From Amoebophrya sp. A120 (Eukaryota > Protista > Dinoflagellata), in contig CAJINV010000002.1 of the NCBI GenBank assembly GCA_905178155.1, positions 7,656,743 through 7,720,742 of the forward strand: DNA of 64,000 nt, given 5' to 3'. Positions within the stretch are counted from its first letter, which is position 1; the number at the start of each line of letters is the position of its first letter. The notes beneath the pieces are model-generated. The model was not told the origin of the DNA and ran no database searches. It saw only the letters and a program-made list of their open reading frames with translations. Below are positions 62,036 to 64,000 of the stretch, in pieces. The translations under genes and the position numbers were made by a program.

Positions 62036-62498
62036 TGCGCATCAAATGGTGTTGCGTAGAAGAAAATCTTAAGTACATCCGAGTAGTGCTATCCATTGTA
62101 CATTGGTTTTGAATTACTTCCTGTCCGTGTCCCCTCCTCAAAACTCGCCGCCCTTTGTCCCGCTTCCACTAGTACGAAAGTACAACTGCGGCCCCCGTAG
62201 GTTTAGTGTGTGGATCCTCTATCGTAGAGAAAAGTGTTCTTGCAAAGATTCGGGTTTTCGTTTTTGCTTGGCTCCGTCAAATTTGCCAATTTTTGATTTT
62301 TCATCGAGAATGCAGCTCTTCTGTGCCCGGGCACTTTAATTATCATGATTGACACATCAATGGCACCCCAGTAGACACATCAAGATCTCGTGCCTCATTA
62401 TCGTTTTGTTATCACTGTGCGCAATAACTCTTCGCAGACAAACCATCTGGCACCTTCACTTATTTCAAAACCGACCCTGTTGGCAAGGCCCTACTTTT

Positions 62499-63951
62499 CT
62501 ATGATATCTTCTGCACTATTCCCACTTGTTATCGTACGAAAAAAGTGTTTCACTGTAAGGAATTTGCATGCTTTGCATCACAGGTTTGCTCTACATCACA
62601 GAGAAAATTTGCCATGCAAGCTTCCTAAGGGGAAACACAGCTAAAAATTCACTTTCTTGTATGTGTAGCAAGACAAATACTTCTCAGATGCATTTTCGGC
62701 ATTACAAGTTTACAGTGAAACAGTTTTTTCTTGCGATACTTGTCGGTCCGTTCCGCCACGGAACTCGTTCGGGAACTTGTTCTGGCGCTCTCAACTGTTA
62801 CACTCTCAGCTGTTACATGGTTTGTCATGCAAAATTCCAATCAGAATCGACACAATCAAGCTGCTTCGCATGACAGATTCCCGAGCGGTCAAATAGGCTG
62901 GAAATCTGTGCCAAGTCTGTTATGCAAAAGGCGCAATCTTCCCCCTTGTTTTGTAGCTTTGCCATTCTTGCATCACAAATTTATGTAACAGTTCAGAATG
63001 TAACGTTTGAGAATGCCATACTTGTGCGGGGTGAAGTGTGTCCCTGCCCAGCCGGCCGGATTGATCTGCAGCCCACGACCTGGTACATCGAAATCGTTGT
63101 TGTTTTTTCATGTTTCACCCACAAGCTCAACGTGAGTCACATCTACTCCATGCGTCATGTCATTGGTACACATAGCGGTGCTCGTGTCGAAGCGAATCAA
63201 ACCTACCTTGCTGCTGCAGGTCCTGCAATGTCCCCATAGTTCGCGTTCCGCCAGATTGGAAATAGTTCCTCTTCCCCTACTATACCGGTGCAAGGTCCGT
63301 ACTTTCATCTCTAGTCATACTTTTCTTTGTAACAATCATCCTGTGCGTCATCTCACGCTCCTTGCACAATTTTCTCAATGCGCGGCTTGATATAGATATT
63401 CTTCAAACAATACAATCTGGGATCTTCCCTCTCATCTCGTGGTGACAAAACTCTCAACAAGCCACGCAAACAGGCCGGAGTAGATCCTGTAAGACGAAAA
63501 GTACGAAACATTTCCGTGCCGTAAATCCTCGAAGTCCTTCCTTCCCGAGCGTGCCACTTTGTTCCGCAATTCCGGGTCTTCCTTCCTTGCACTAAGAGCT
63601 GCCGACGTTGGCAGTTGGTCCTGTTTTCAGGTATTTTTGGCAAGGTTCGCACATAGCGGGCGCGTCGTGGAGACATCGTCAAGAAGAAAATGATCATGTT
63701 CGACCCTGACGCTTCTACTCAACTGTTCTTGGTCGTGGATCCACCTGCAATGATCTTCTCCTGACACTGAAATAACATTTTGCCTGGCAATGTTACTCAT
63801 ACTCCTAATCCTAAATAACTCGCTCACTTAGTACTTCTGCTCGGTATGCCTCCGTCCTCGCTGACACACTTCTCGCGGAGTCCCACCCTATTGCTTCCTG
63901 CCTCCGGCCAAAGTCGTGATCGTATGTGGACATTCGGTCGCAGTTGCGGGC
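62499..63951 (-). CDS. 3' part of a hypothetical protein that starts beyond the window; host of two TIR introns
   Basis: Exons 63951-63835, 63620-63510, 63276-63207, 63079-63021, 62775-62739, 62524-62499 join in frame: ..MSTYDHDFGRR..DLRHGNGKRNYFQSGGTRT..GLQINPAGWAGTHFTPHKFPNEFRGGTDRQVGIVQKIS*. Last exon uncertain. Confidence 0.6.
62530..62738. mobile_element. Introner-like TIR element E3 (209 bp)
   Basis: 29-bp TIRs with 26/29 identity (TATCGTACGAAAAAAGTGTTTCACTGTAA). 5-bp direct repeat CTTGT at 62525-62529 and 62739-62743. Confidence 0.9.
62781..63020. mobile_element. Introner-like TIR element E4 (240 bp)
   Basis: 38-bp imperfect TIRs with 30/38 identity (TCTGGCGCTCTCAACTGTTACACTCTCAGCTGTTACAT). 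5-bp direct repeat CTTGT at 62776-62780 and 63021-63025. Confidence 0.88.
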
Positions 63952-64000
63952 CTACAGGTTTATCAATCTTCACGTTTCATTTTGGGGCGAGAGGATGTTT

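Overview
Eukaryotic, intron-containing genomic DNA. All 11 gene models I could reconstruct are on the minus strand, forming one unidirectional block. Three features point to a dinoflagellate-lineage genome, most likely a syndinian parasite such as Amoebophrya (inference, not verified): gene co-orientation, long low-complexity protein insertions, and non-canonical introns with inverted and direct repeats. Genes: a secreted-type protein with four novel 6-Cys modules; a two-pore K+ channel with EF-hands; an ELO fatty-acid elongase; a ~3,400-aa MFS transporter with huge loops and ~17 C-terminal 42-aa repeats; a HAD-like protein that appears circularly permuted; a full-length but GTPase-degenerate eEF2 paralog; and several hypothetical proteins. 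The most striking signal is four 209-262-bp TIR elements with perfect 5-bp target-site duplications (50247-50508, 50572-50823, 62530-62738, 62781-63020). They sit in predicted coding exons and have no GT-AG/GC-AG/AT-AC register. Precise removal restores the reading frame. Despite different TIRs they share an oriented inner motif pair (TTGTCATGC...GCATCACAA) about 30-42 nt from each end. Three islands of palindrome-built satellite DNA are present, two of them filling the only multi-kb introns. All exon structures were deduced by hand from frame and splice-site logic, with no transcript data.
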